A stretch of 64,000 bases of DNA from Octopus bimaculoides. Its lineage: Eukaryota. The stretch covers positions 75,549,783 to 75,613,782 of the forward strand of contig NC_068983.1 of NCBI RefSeq assembly GCF_001194135.2, in the 5' to 3' direction. Below the pieces are notes generated by a model. The model was not told where the DNA came from. It saw only the letters and a program-made list of their open reading frames with translations, and searched no databases. Shown piece after piece: positions 12,851 to 24,417 of this stretch. A program made the translations under genes and the position numbers. The stretch's first letter is position 1. Every line of letters begins with the position of its first letter.

Positions 12851-13654
12851 GACAATAGGAAGGGGTTTGGTTGCTTATATTGACCCCAGTACTTGACCGG
12901 TTCTCATTTTATCAGTGCTGGAAATAGAATAAAGAAACTCAAACCCATTGCTGCAATAATAATAATAATAATAATTGTTTTGTAAATTAGGCACAAGGTG
13001 TGGTTGTGTGGTAAGAAGTCTGTTTCCCAACCACATGATTTTGGGTTCAATCCCACAGAAACATAAAAGGCTAATTCAACCTGGGTATGATTTGAACTCA
13101 GAATATAGAGGGCTTTAACAAAATATCACTTGGCATTTTGTCTAATGCTCTGACATATTTTCCTCTGCTGTGGTTTCGAACATAGCAATAGAATTTCACA
13201 TTTATTTTGTAGAAAGGCACAGTCTAAGAAATTCATACTATTTTTTTTTTAATTAGTACTCATTTTAGTAACATTTACAATTTTAAAAAAGCAAAGTGGA
13301 TTCAGTGATATTTGAACTCAAAATGGAAAGAGATGTAGCTAAATACTTGAAGGTATTTTGTCCATTACACTTTTAATTCTCCTAATTACCATTATTTCAA
13401 TTGCTCCATTGGGATCTTTTCTGTTTGGATGCCCTTGTGGAAATTGTAAAGTTTGTTCCTCCTTTACAGTAGTACACCTGTTTCTGTCCTCATTTCCCTC
13501 TCTCTCTCTCTCTCTGGCCAGGTAACCATGTACCTCCCCTATAACAAGGCACCTGTTTCTGACTCTTTGTCTCACTATAACCTTTCATCATCTGATATAA
13601 GATCCCCTCCTCCAATGTCCCTTCCCTGTCAAAGAATCTTTGTCTTGCAAGTTA

Positions 13655-13960
13655 CTTGGTGACCCTGCCAATGCTGGTGCCACTTAAAAAGCATCCAGTC
13701 GACATTGTAAAGTGGCTGGAATTTGGAAGGGCATCCAACTGTAAAAACCATGTCAAACTGACCTCACCTGAGCCACTTAAAAAGCATTCAGCCCACTCTG
13801 TTGGGTAGTTGGTGTTAGGATGGGCATCCAGCCATAAAAAAAACATACTAAAATAGACACAGAAGTCTGGTGTAGGCTCCTGCCTCACCAGCTCCTGACA
13901 AACCAACCAACCCATATCAGGATGGCAGGCAGATGTTAAATGATGATGATGATGATGTTG
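13655..13960 (+). mobile_element. RTE 3' end (family B), degenerate
   Basis: ggaagggcatccaactgtaaaaacc...gatgttaaatgatgatgatg. Confidence 0.7.
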
Positions 13961-14237
13961 AGTGAAAATTTTGAAATTTGGTGTATTGATGTAATTTTTC
14001 ATGCTGAATCACAGGGGCTAATTAATTCACTTCTCCCAGAATTTTTTTTTAAAAAAGTTGCAGAGGTTTAAAGTTTGGTCCTTTTTTTCTCATTCAGAAA
14101 ACAGGATTTGGAAGCTGACATTTTATGCATGACTGCATGTGTTGTCAACTGTAAACAAATGAAATATTGATGGAATTCTGCTTTGCACTTGTCATATAAC
14201 CTCTCATAACATTTATATTTTGGGGAATTTTCAGAAG

Positions 14238-14772
14238 ATTTTTGCAGATGATATTATACACATTGCAGAAACGTCAGTTCACCTGCCGACCATAATGATA
14301 AAGCAGGACACACAGAGTATAACAACAGTAGGTTTCAAAATAGACCACATGAAAACAAAATATATGCTGTTTGTAAACATGACACAAGGCTGAACAGTAG
14401 TGGGATGTAATGAAGTTGAGGATATGAAGAACGCCCTCAAGATGCTGAACCTTTTAGGCAAGATGATAAAGAATCGAGATGCTTGGTGCTCTGCTGTACT
14501 TAAGAAGACCCATACTCTGCAGCAGAAGTGTTAAGACCAGACCCTTTGGTGGTGTAAAGGACTTGTGGTTGCGCCATGTAAAGCACCTGTACAGTGCCAT
14601 GTAAGAGTGCCTGTGTGGTGTCATGCAAAAGTGCCCATATGACACCATGTAAAAGTGCTTGTGTGACGTAAAAGCACTCATATAGTGCCAAGTAAAAGCA
14701 CCCAGCACACTCTGTAAAGTGGTTGGTGTTAGAAAGGGCATCCAGCCATAGAAACCATGCTGCATGGACAAC

Positions 14773-14829
<57 letters not shown>
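14238..14829 (+). mobile_element. Internally deleted RTE relic: RT FADD region, ORF end, UTR with ~24-bp tandem subrepeats, (GAT)n tail
   Basis: 14238-14395 translates KIFADDIIHIAETSVHLPTIMIKQDTQSITTVGFKIDHMKTKYM (RT motif FADD...KTKYM). 14570-14705 holds about 6 copies of a gtgccatgtaaaagcac-type unit. Confidence 0.7.
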
Positions 14830-15377
14830 NNNNNNNNNNNNNNNNNNNNNNNNNNNNNNNNNNNNNNNNNNNNNNNNNNNNNNNNNNNNNNNNNNNNNNN
14901 NNNNNNNNNNNNNNNNNNNNNNNNNNNNNNNNNNNNNNNNNNNNNNNNNNNNNNNNNNNNNNNNNNNNNNNNNNNNNNNNNNNNNNNNNNNNNNNNNNNN
15001 NNNNNNNNNNNNNNNNNNNNNNNNNNNNNNNNNNNNNNNNNNNNNNNNNNNNNNNNNNNNNNNNNNNNNNNNNNNNNNNNNNNNNNNNNNNNNNNNNNNN
15101 NNNNNNNNNNNNNNNNNNNNNNNNNNNNNNNNNNNNNNNNNNNNNNNNNNNNNNNNNNNNNNNNNNNNNNNNNNNNNNNNNNNNNNNNNNNNNNNNNNNN
15201 NNNNNNNNNNNNNNNNNNNNNNNNNNNNNNNNNNNNNNNNNNNNNNNNNNNNNNNNNNNNNNNNNNNNNNNNNNNNNNNNNNNNNNNNNNNNNNNNNNNN
15301 NNNNNNNNNNNNNNNNNNNNNNNNNNNNNNNNNNNNNNNNNNNNNNNNNNNNNNNNNNNNNNNNNTGATGATGATGG

Positions 15378-15439
<62 letters not shown>

Positions 15440-16791
15440 GTGATGGTGATGATGATGGTGATGATGATGATGAAATCTTGTGCAGATTAAGAACAGGGTG
15501 GAATATATTAGCCTTGATGACAGATGTGTGCAAAGCACAGCTGGATAAGACCTTGTATGCCAATCTCTTAAATAACTCCATCCCACTTGTGCTCTTACAT
15601 GCACAAATGAAATGTGGGTTACTATGATGATGGAAGTACAGCCCCTGGCTACAACACAGAGGGATTACTGCTAGGAATATCATTGTCGGAGTACATCCAG
15701 TATATCCAAAACAAGGTAATTTGAGAATGGAGTGGAGTGAACGGGCAGATAAATATGGTAGCAGACATCTAAATATTTCTTAAAGGCAAAGAATTCTTAA
15801 TATTTTCCTTACTGAATAATTTTTTTTCAGTCGTTCTAAGAGTTTGAGGGTTCTTCCTTGTGTGTATATGTGGGTGTATGTAGTATTTGTGTGTGTTTAT
15901 ATGTGTGTTTGCATGTATGGGTGTAAATGTGAGTGCATGGGCATGGATATATGTAAGTATGGATAGATGAAAATGTATGCTAGCATATGTGTGAGTGTAA
16001 ACATGTATATTTGTGTGTATATGTTTATGTGTAGGTATGTGAGTGTAAATGTGTATGTATGTGTGTGTGTATGTGTATATATATAAACAATTATTAACTT
16101 CCCAATCTCCATTTTCTTTTTCTTNNNNNNNNNNNNNNNNNNNNNNNNNNNNNNNNNNNNNNNNNNNNNNNNNNNNNNNNNNNNNNNNNNNNNNNNNNNN
16201 NNNNNNNNNNNNNNNNNNNNNNNNNNNNNNNNNNNNNNNNNNNNNNNNNNNNNNNNNNNNNNNNNNNNNNNNNNNNNNNNNNNNNNNNNNNNNNNNNNNN
16301 NNNNNNNNNNNNNNNNNNNNNNNNNNNNNNNNNNNNNNNNNNNNNNNNNNNNNNNNNNNNNNNNNNNNNNNNNNNNNNNNNNNNNNNNNNNNNNNNNNNN
16401 NNNNNNNNNNNNNNNNNNNNNNNNNNNNNNNNNNNNNNNNNNNNNNNNNNNNNNNNNNNNNNNNNNNNNNNNNNNNNNNNNNNNNNNNNNNNNNNNNNNN
16501 NNNNNNNNNNNNNNNNNNNNNNNNNNNNNNNNNNNNNNNNNNNNNNNNNNNNNNNNNNNNNNNNNNNNNNNNNNNNNNNNNNNNNNNNNNNNNNNNNNNN
16601 NNNNNNNNNNNNNNNNNNNNNNNNNNNNNNNNNNNNNNNNNNNNNNNNNNNNNNNNNNNNNNNNNNNNNNNNNNNNNNNNNNNNNNNNNNNNNNNNNNNN
16701 NNNNNNNNNNNNNNNNNNNNNNNNNNNNNNNNNNNNNNNNNNNNNNNNNNNNNNNNNNNNNNNNNNNNNNNNNNNNNNNNNNTGAGTATAT

Positions 16792-16832
<41 letters not shown>

Positions 16833-17535
16833 AATGTGGGTGTATTTTGCAGCTTTGGTGTTTAAGAATCCATCAACAAACAGAAAAAAAATACAGCGCT
16901 AAATGAAAAAGGAGCTGGGAAGGAGTATGTAAAAGAGAAAAAAAAAAGAGGGTAAAAAGAGGAGAAAGGTGGGGTCAGAGAAGAGAAGAGGAAAAAAGAG
17001 AGGGAAAGAGAGAGAGGGGAAAAAAGCAAGAGTGAAAAAGAGAAAGAAGGAGGAAATAGTTGAGGAATTGGCCATTTATAAATGCAGCTACATTTCCTTA
17101 CTTTTTCAGTCTTATCTTTAGAATAAGTAAACAATTCCAAATTGTCTTTATATAGGCTGAATTATAAATACATACGTACACAACCCTCCAACCACATTTA
17201 GTCAGTCACTTGTACACATATACAGACATAGCTATACTTTCCCCAAAACATACATGTGTACATGCAAACATACATATGTACATGCCTCCTGCATACACAC
17301 ACACATACATACATACAAACATACATATATACATACATATACATATATATATATATAGAGAGAGAGAGAGAAAGAGAGAGAGAGACATACACACACACAC
17401 ACACGCACACATATATATAGACATGTATTTATTACTTAGACACACATGCATACAAACATACACATGTATTACTTTTTATGTATTAAATATACATATATAT
17501 ACATATATATATATAATACATATATGTATTATATA

Positions 17536-17603
<68 letters not shown>

Positions 17604-17604
17604 T

Positions 17605-17895
17605 ACCGCAATCATCATCATCATCATCATGTTTAACTGTCCAACCCATGCCAGCATGGGTTAGATGGTTTGACGAGAGCCAGCCAGGCAGGAACCTGCA
17701 TCAGACTTCTGTGTCTGTTTTGACAGAATTTTTAGGTCTGGATGCCTGTCCTAACACCAATCACCCAGCAGAGTGGACTGAGTGTTTTTCACATGGCACA
17801 AGCACAGGCAAGGTTAGTTTTTGGCAAAGTTTTTATAGCTGGATGCTCCTCCAAATGCCAACCACTTTACAGTGTGGTCTGGATGCCTTTTAGGC
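17605..17895 (-). mobile_element. RTE 3' end (family B), degenerate
   Basis: catcatgtttaactgtccaacccatgccagcatgggttag...ctggatgctcctccaaatgccaacc. Confidence 0.65.
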
Positions 17896-17914
17896 ATGAA
17901 AGTAATCTTAGAAG

Positions 17915-18009
17915 TAGGAGAAAGTAGCCAGTAAGCTGTTACAGAGAAGCAGAACAAAATAATAGCATACAGAGTTTCTCTGTAACAGCTAACTGGCCAC
18001 TTTTTCCTA
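17915..18009. repeat. 95-bp foldback/hairpin (34-bp arms, TA at both ends); possible miniature MITE
   Basis: Arms 17915-17948 and 17976-18009 are reverse-complementary with 3 differences; spacer 27 nt. Confidence 0.75.
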
Positions 18010-18117
18010 TCTATAAGGATATTTTACCCGATCCTCTAAGCTGTTTTCACACCTGTCCTCCTGCATCCAAGATTTCCTTAATTTCTAAAGTACCAAATCA
18101 CTCAATGGCTTGTTGTC

Positions 18118-18153
<36 letters not shown>

Positions 18154-18800
18154 CTTAATGTCCGCTTTCCATGCTAGCATGAGTTGGTCGATTTGACTGA
18201 GGACTGGCGAACCAGATGGCTGCACCAGGCTCCAATCTGATCTGGCAGAGTTTCTACAGCTGGATGCCCTTCCTAACACCAACCACTCCGAGAGTGTAGT
18301 GGGTGCCAGTCAAGCAGTACTGGCAACGGCCACACTCAAATGGTGTTTTTTACATGCCACCTGCACAGGAGCCAGTCCAACGGCACTGGCAATGACCTCG
18401 CTTGAATGTTTTTTCACGTACCACCGGCACAAGTGTCAGTAAGGCGACGCTGGTAACAATCACGCTCAATTGGTGCTTTTTACGTACCACTGGCATGGAA
18501 GCCAGACAGTTGCTCTAGCAATGATCATGCTCGGATGGTGCTGTTAGCACTCCACTGGCACGGGTGCCAGTCATCGAATTTGATTCGATTTTGATTTCAC
18601 TTGCCTCAACAGGTCTTCGCAAGCAGAGTTTAATGTCTAATGAAGGAAAGGTATGCATAAGTGGTCTATAGTATGCATACTGAAGGTTATAGTGAGACAG
18701 ATACAGGTGTCTTGCTGTAGAGGAAGTACAGGCTTACCAGGCCGGAGAGAGAAAGATCAGGAATGAAGACAGAAACAGATGTTCTACTGCAAAGAAAATA
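18118..18800 (-). mobile_element. RTE 3' end with an expanded UTR subrepeat array and ORF end
   Basis: (CAT)n tail at 18118, family B UTR, repeated ...ctggcaac/atg...cacgct(c)...ggtg(c)ttttt(t)acgt... units, and caacaggtcttcgcaagc (antisense of an LAKT-type ORF end). Confidence 0.75.
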
Positions 18801-18959
18801 CATGGTTGCCCAACCTAAGGGAAGTGCAGGAGAAGCAGAGAGAAAGAGAGAGTGGGAGACTGCAGGATGGAGATGGTGGCAAAATGCTGGTCATACTAAC
18901 AAGGAATGGGGATCAGAGTATAGATGAGATGGTTGAGTAAAGGAATATATATAATTAAC

Positions 18960-19160
18960 TGCACATGGACCGTTGGCAATTTTTCCTCCTCCTTCCCTCT
19001 ATCCTTTTGGACTTTCCTGTTTTTCCTGATTCTGACGAAGAGCTATGCTCAAAACAAAACAACAACTCTCTTCTTCCTCCGAACATCATATTAACACATT
19101 GCTTGTGCTACATTTTCACGTTTGTTTTCTCTTTTTCTTTTTTCTCTGTGTTTTTGAATT
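18960..19160 (+). mobile_element. Penelope-like pLTR fragment with a decayed hammerhead core (19032-19055)
   Basis: CTGACGA-A-GAGC-TAT-GCTC-AAAAC; GAAAC is read as AAAAC, consistent with CpG decay. Confidence 0.45.
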
Positions 19161-19167
19161 GACTATA

Positions 19168-19324
19168 TCATCATCGTCATCATCGTTTAACGTCCGCTTT
19201 CCATGCTAGCATGGGTTGGACGATTTGACTGAGGACTGGTGAACCAGATGGCTACACTGGCTCCAATCAGATTTGGCAGAGTTTCTACAGCTGGATGCCC
19301 TTCCTAATGCCAACCACTCTGAGA

Positions 19325-19327
<3 letters not shown>
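19168..19327 (-). mobile_element. RTE 3' end (family B)
   Basis: catcgtttaacgtccgctttccatgctagcatgggttggacgatttgactgagg... Confidence 0.85.
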
Positions 19328-19364
<37 letters not shown>

Positions 19365-19522
19365 NNNNNNNNNNNNNNNNNNNNNNNNNNNNNNNNNNNN
19401 NNNNNNNNNNNNNNNNNNNNNNNNNNNNNNNNNNNNNNNNNNNNNNNNNNNNNNNNNNNNNNNNNNNNNNNNNNNNNNNNNNNNNNNNNNNNNNNNNNNN
19501 NNNNNNNNNNNNNNNNNNNNNN

Positions 19523-19569
<47 letters not shown>

Positions 19570-20189
19570 GCATGTATGTTTGTATATATGTATACATACA
19601 TAATAGTGAGGTTTTTGGAAAGTAATTATGTATTTCACAGCTATAAATTAGAAGACAATCGACCAATTCATGACAATGCATATAAGGTGACAAGCAATGT
19701 CTGGATCTAATTTGTTAGTTTATTTGATAATATGTCATTTATTGTGTAAAGTGTGACTCTTTAAAAAATTAAAACATATTCACATTTGCTTATTGCATGA
19801 AATTTGAAAGTGTACTAATGCTGTATAAACAATAAAAAACATTATGGAGCATAAACCGGAAGCAGTTCAACTTTGTTTATGCTAGCTGAAGCTTTAACAT
19901 TTTTAAAATGACAATTATTATTTTTGTAACATGCCTTCTGAAAGACAAACTCCATTAGGTTCACCAAATCTTTTTAAGTGTATTTGGTTGATAAAAATTG
20001 AAAGATGCCTGATGTATATAGACTGGATTACCTATGTTCATTCCACTTCAGGACAAAGGCCTCAGTATGTCTTCTCCACCAACCACTGTCTGATGTACAG
20101 GCCATGAATTTGAGCTTGAGGTCATACTGGTTTGATGAGTCTACTCTGTCACACTAGCTTGACATGGCTTGGCTGAGGAGTGCAATTTT

Positions 20190-20335
20190 TCTTTATACCA
20201 GGAGTAAAGTTGATTACGACTCCAGTACTCAAATGGTACTATTTTATTGATGAAAGGCAAAGTTGGCCTCGATGGAATTTGAACTCAGAACGTAAAGATG
20301 GCTGAAATACCACTTAGCATTCTGTCAGCTCACCA
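20190..20335 (-). mobile_element. SINE family C fragment
   Basis: tgaaaggcaaagttggcctcgatggaatttgaactcagaacgtaaag matches 35547-35978. Confidence 0.7.
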
Positions 20336-20539
20336 CCTGTCATGTATATATACATGGCTGATATGCACCTGTACCCATACATATATACACCCTAACAAAC
20401 ACATTCACACCAATGAGCTGATGCCATCAGCTCTCACCTACATGCCAACTTACACATATGTAAGCACCCCCACCCAAGCATAACATACACATGCATAGGC
20501 ATCAGACACTCACGTCTACACACTCATAGCTGGTATACA

Positions 20540-20760
20540 TACACACATACGCCCTTGCTGGTCTTGTATTTGATGTTCCACACATCGCTTTAAAGTCTGG
20601 CTAGACAGCCATGTGCCACCAGCTTCCTGACCAGCCATGCAGTCCAAGTAATTCTATTTAATGCATTTGGTTGCTGGAATGTCGATCTCACCTCTAATAA
20701 CACCATGTGACCTGCCTTGCCTTATAGCAAACCAGTTCCTGGTAGTCATCTTGGACTCCT
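20540..20760 (+). mobile_element. Possible CR1/L2-like LINE 3' end
   Basis: tttaaagtctggctagacagc...cctgaccagcc resembles the FK..LD...PDQP C-terminus of CR1-type ORF2 (recalled motif, heavily decayed). Confidence 0.3.
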
Positions 20761-20917
20761 TGCAACTCTCCATTCAGCTAACTGAACCCAATGAGAAGCC
20801 TACGAAATTTTAAGACACTGAGCTGAATCAAAGTGTTTCAAATAATGATATATTTAACTCTTACTAAATGTGTTCAGTGTCTCTTTCTTTCATTTGTTCA
20901 CTCATATATAAAAATAT

Positions 20918-20952
<35 letters not shown>

Positions 20953-21000
20953 TATCATCATCATCATCATCATTACCACCACAACCACCACCATCACTAC

Positions 21001-21036
<36 letters not shown>

Positions 21037-21042
21037 AAGAAA

Positions 21043-21298
21043 AAAAAGTTTAGAATGGTACAACAATGCACTATAAAACAAAAAATGGACTATATACCTG
21101 TTGTAATTTGGTTATCTATAGTCCGATGATATTTCAGAATTACAATTCCTTCTTCAGATCTTCTTAGCTGGAGTCTATAGTCCATTTTTTGTTTTATAGT
21201 GCATTGTTGTACCATTCTAAACTTTTTATTCTTTACAAACAATACACAATGCTTCAAGCGAACTACAATACTCTCCTATATATATAAATATAATTGAG
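21043..21298 (-). mobile_element. Penelope-like fragment: perfect 52-bp inverted repeat enclosing a hammerhead-like core
   Basis: Arms 21043-21094 and 21176-21227 are exact reverse complements. The 81-bp spacer reads (minus) CTGAAGA-AGGAATTGTAATTCT-GAAATATCATC. Confidence 0.6.
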
Positions 21299-21709
21299 TT
21301 TGCCAGTGCCCCTGGACTGGCTCTTGTGCGGGTGGCACATAAAATACACCATTTTGAGCGTGGCGGTTGCCAGTACCGCCTGACTGCCCTTCGTAGGATT
21401 TTCTGGCGAGATCGTTGCCAGTGCCCCTGGACTGGCTCCTGTGCGGGTGGCACATAAAATACACCATTTTGAGCGTGGCTGTTGCCAGTACCGCCAGACT
21501 GGCCTTCGTGCAGGTGACACATAAAAGCACCCACTAGACTCTTGGAGTGGTTGGCGTTAGGAAGGGCATCCAGCTGTAGAAACTCTGCCAAATCAGACTG
21601 GAGGCTGGTGTTGCCATCCGGTTTCACCAGTCCTCAGTCAAATTGTCCAACCCATGCTAGCATGGAAAGCGGACATTAAACGATGATGATGATGATGATG
21701 ATGATGATG
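21298..21709 (+). mobile_element. Young RTE 3' end with four hairpin subunits and a (GAT)n tail
   Basis: Two ~118-bp tandem units, each with two GCCAGT-N8-ACTG(G)C motifs, then the conserved UTR and gatgatgat tail. Confidence 0.9.
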
Positions 21710-21972
21710 AGATTCAGTTGAATTAGGTACTTAAGTTGAAGCACAAAGCCAGTCCGGTATTATTTGCACAGCTCGAAGTAAGGTGAATAAAATCAAAATA
21801 AGCAACAGGATATCAAGAAATGATGAAGTATGACCATTTTGAGTGGCTCCATTTAATTGAACAATGTAATCATTACATCAATTTAAATGCAGAGCTATTA
21901 TCAGCTGCACAAATAAATAGAATTTTAACCAGTTGGACACATTAATACAATTTTTCTCAAATACTTTAACAG

Positions 21973-22067
21973 AGCAAGAAGATGGAAGAAATTCATGTTG
22001 TCGCTATTGTAGCTAAGAATAGACTACACTTCCAAGAATGGCACGAAACCCACTGGGGTCATAGCTT
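21973..22067 (+). CDS. Candidate exon SKKMEEIHVVAIVAKNRLHFQEWHETHWGHS(L)
   Basis: Acceptor ttctcaaatactttaacag|, donor TT|GTAAAG, one open frame; no recognised homology. Confidence 0.15.
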
Positions 22068-22169
22068 GTAAAGGACTGTGGTTTGTTTCTAATTTATTTG
22101 TCTTTTTATCAACTACTAAATCTAAGACTAGAGGACTGTGTCTGTTTAGAATAAAGAGCAAGAGTGAGT

Positions 22170-23492
22170 CGACAGCTCATGAGTTCCTCAGCTGTCACAG
22201 TCCATGTTTCACTGCCATATAGCATAGCTGTATGCACACAGGCATCATAAATCTGTGTTTTTCTCTGAGAGAGAGGCCCTTTGTTGCCAGCAGAGGTAGG
22301 AACTCTCAGATCTTTGCCCAGTCTAATCTTATTCTCACAGCTACACTCTTGGAGCATCCATCTCCACTACTAACTCCATCACCTAGATAACAGAAGCTAT
22401 CTACTACCTCTTGTAGCTTGCTCCCCTGGCAGTTGATGGAGTTTATTTTCTGCACATTTTCAGTGTTTATTGTACCTGTGCATCTTCCACATAAAAAGCT
22501 ATTTTCCCTGTTAGCCTTCCCCTGATATTGCTGTACCTTTTAAGCATCCAAAGTTTACAGTGGGTACAACTTATGGAATTTCTACCTATGCCTTTTCTAC
22601 AAATTGAGCAGGGCCATCTACCTGAAGGGATTTGTGATTTGTCTACCTTAGGTTAACTCTAAGGCCATTTGATTCTAGAGCCTGCTTCCACCTGGAACTT
22701 CTTCTCTAGTTCTGGTAGTGATTCAGCTATAAGAGCAAGGTCATCAGCATAGAGGAGCTCCCAGGTGTAGCCTGTCTAAAATTCCTCTGTTATTGCCTGG
22801 AGGACTATGATGAACAAGAGGGGGTTGAGCACTGATCCTTGGTGAACCCCTACTTGTACCCCGAATTCTTTGCTGTACTCGTTGTCCACTCTCACCTTAC
22901 TGGTAGCGTCCTTGTACATAGCTTGTACAACTCTTACTAACCACTCATCTATCCCTAATTTCTACATTGATCACTAGATAAGGGATCAGGGGACCCTGTC
23001 AAAGGCTTTCTCCAAGTCAACAAAAGCCATGTACAGTGGTTTATCTTTGGCTAGGTATTTCTCCTGCAGTTGTCTTACCGGAAATATAGCACAAAACCAA
23101 ACTGCCTCTCATCGAGACTAACTCTCTCCCTAATTAGTTGGGCTATAACCCTCTCTGTAACTTTCATCACCTGACCCAACAATTTGATACCTCTGTAAAT
23201 ATTTCTATCTAAGGCATCACCTTTACCTTTGTAACAGTTAACTATGGTGCTGCTGCACCAGTCATTGGGTATGAATCTGTCATGAACCACCTGATTTACA
23301 ATACAGGTGACTAGACCATAACCCGCACCGCCAGATATTTTAAGCATCTCAGTCGTGATTCTTGATGGGCCAGGGGTTTTCCCTGTCTTCATATCCTTGA
23401 TTGCTTTATCTACCAGCGTACTGTCAATTCGGGTAGATGGTCCCTCATTTAGGTCAACATTTAGCAGATTCTCTTCTTATTCATTCTCCATG
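22170..23492 (-). pseudogene. RTE-clade LINE reverse transcriptase fragment (frameshifted, with stops) containing a PHD-like Cys cluster
   Basis: MKTGKTPGPSRIT...DW..STIVNCYKGKGDALDRNIYRGIKLL...QFGF; AFVDLEKAFDRVP; GVHQGSVLNPLLF; WELLYADD; WPCSICRKGIGRNSISCTHC...CGRC; YLG; AMLYGSETW. Confidence 0.95.
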
Positions 23493-23500
23493 TATATATA

Positions 23501-23735
23501 CGAGGTCTGATCAATAAGTATCTGGACTGTTACCATAGTAATGAAGCTAAAGTATGCAGAGTGAAGCTGCTTGGCACAGACTGACCTTGAATTCTGCTGT
23601 GCATGCGTACTAAGTTTTAACATTCTAGCTCACTTCCACTGTAAACAGCAGTGCTTGGAAGGAAGGTGTGTAGCATGTGATCATTGCATTGATCATGATA
23701 GAGAAAGTTGTCATGGTAATACCTTCTCAGAGGCT
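23501..23735 (+). mobile_element. Mariner-like transposon left end, truncated
   Basis: TA followed by CGAGGTCTGATCAATAAGTATCTGGACTG, a typical mariner terminal sequence. No right terminus seen; an RTE 3' end follows at 23738-23908. Confidence 0.6.
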
Positions 23736-23737
23736 TC

Positions 23738-23908
23738 TGCAGACCACTCTCTGAGTGGTTGGCGTTAGGAAGGGCCTCCAGCTGTAGAAATCTGCCAAAT
23801 TAGATTGGAGCCTGGTGTTGCCATCCGGTTTCACCAGTCCTCAGTCAAATCGTCCAACCCATGCTAGCATGGAAAGCGGACGTTAAACGATGATGATGAT
23901 AATGATGA
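23738..23908 (+). mobile_element. RTE 3' end (family B)
   Basis: gagtggttggcgttaggaaggg...gcggacgttaaacgatgatgatga. Confidence 0.85.
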
Positions 23909-24153
23909 TATATATATATATATATATATGCACACACACATACATCACACATGTACATACATTCATGCTTAAAGATATACATGTCTCAGAAGGAATTAAT
24001 AGCTTCTTTACACTTCTACATCCAAAAATAGCTATGAATGTCTGCACGCTGCCACACACACTTATGTACTACTGTTCTTTGAAAGATGCAATATGACACT
24101 ATCTAAGCAGTCCACACTACACAATCAATTGTTATCCTTTAATGAGAAGTCAG

Positions 24154-24270
24154 ACGAAATAAGGCTAATGAAGAAGTTCCTGAAGATTTGCAACTTGACA
24201 CTGCACAAGAACAACCCATCACTGTGTATTTCCTTCTTGGTTCTTTTTATCAGTTTTTAAACATTTTACA
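24154..24270 (+). CDS. Candidate 117-nt exon xRNKANEEVPEDLQLDTAQEQPITVYFLLGSFYQFLNIL(Q)
   Basis: Strong donor ACA|GTATGT and protein-like acidic stretch, but weak acceptor (aagtcag|); no recognised homology. Confidence 0.2.
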
Positions 24271-24350
24271 GTATGTTTTCTCTCTTTCCTTCCCTCTATC
24301 TCTTTGTTTATATATATATGTGTATATATGTGTGTGTATGTGTGTGTGTG

Positions 24351-24393
<43 letters not shown>

Positions 24394-24417
24394 ATGTGTG
24401 TAAATATATATATATAT

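Noticed and set aside
21298-21540. Repeat-spacer appearance of the hairpin cassettes (CRISPR-like)
   Set aside because: Eukaryotic context, spacers are themselves repeated, no cas genes, and the array directly follows an RTE stop codon at 48300.
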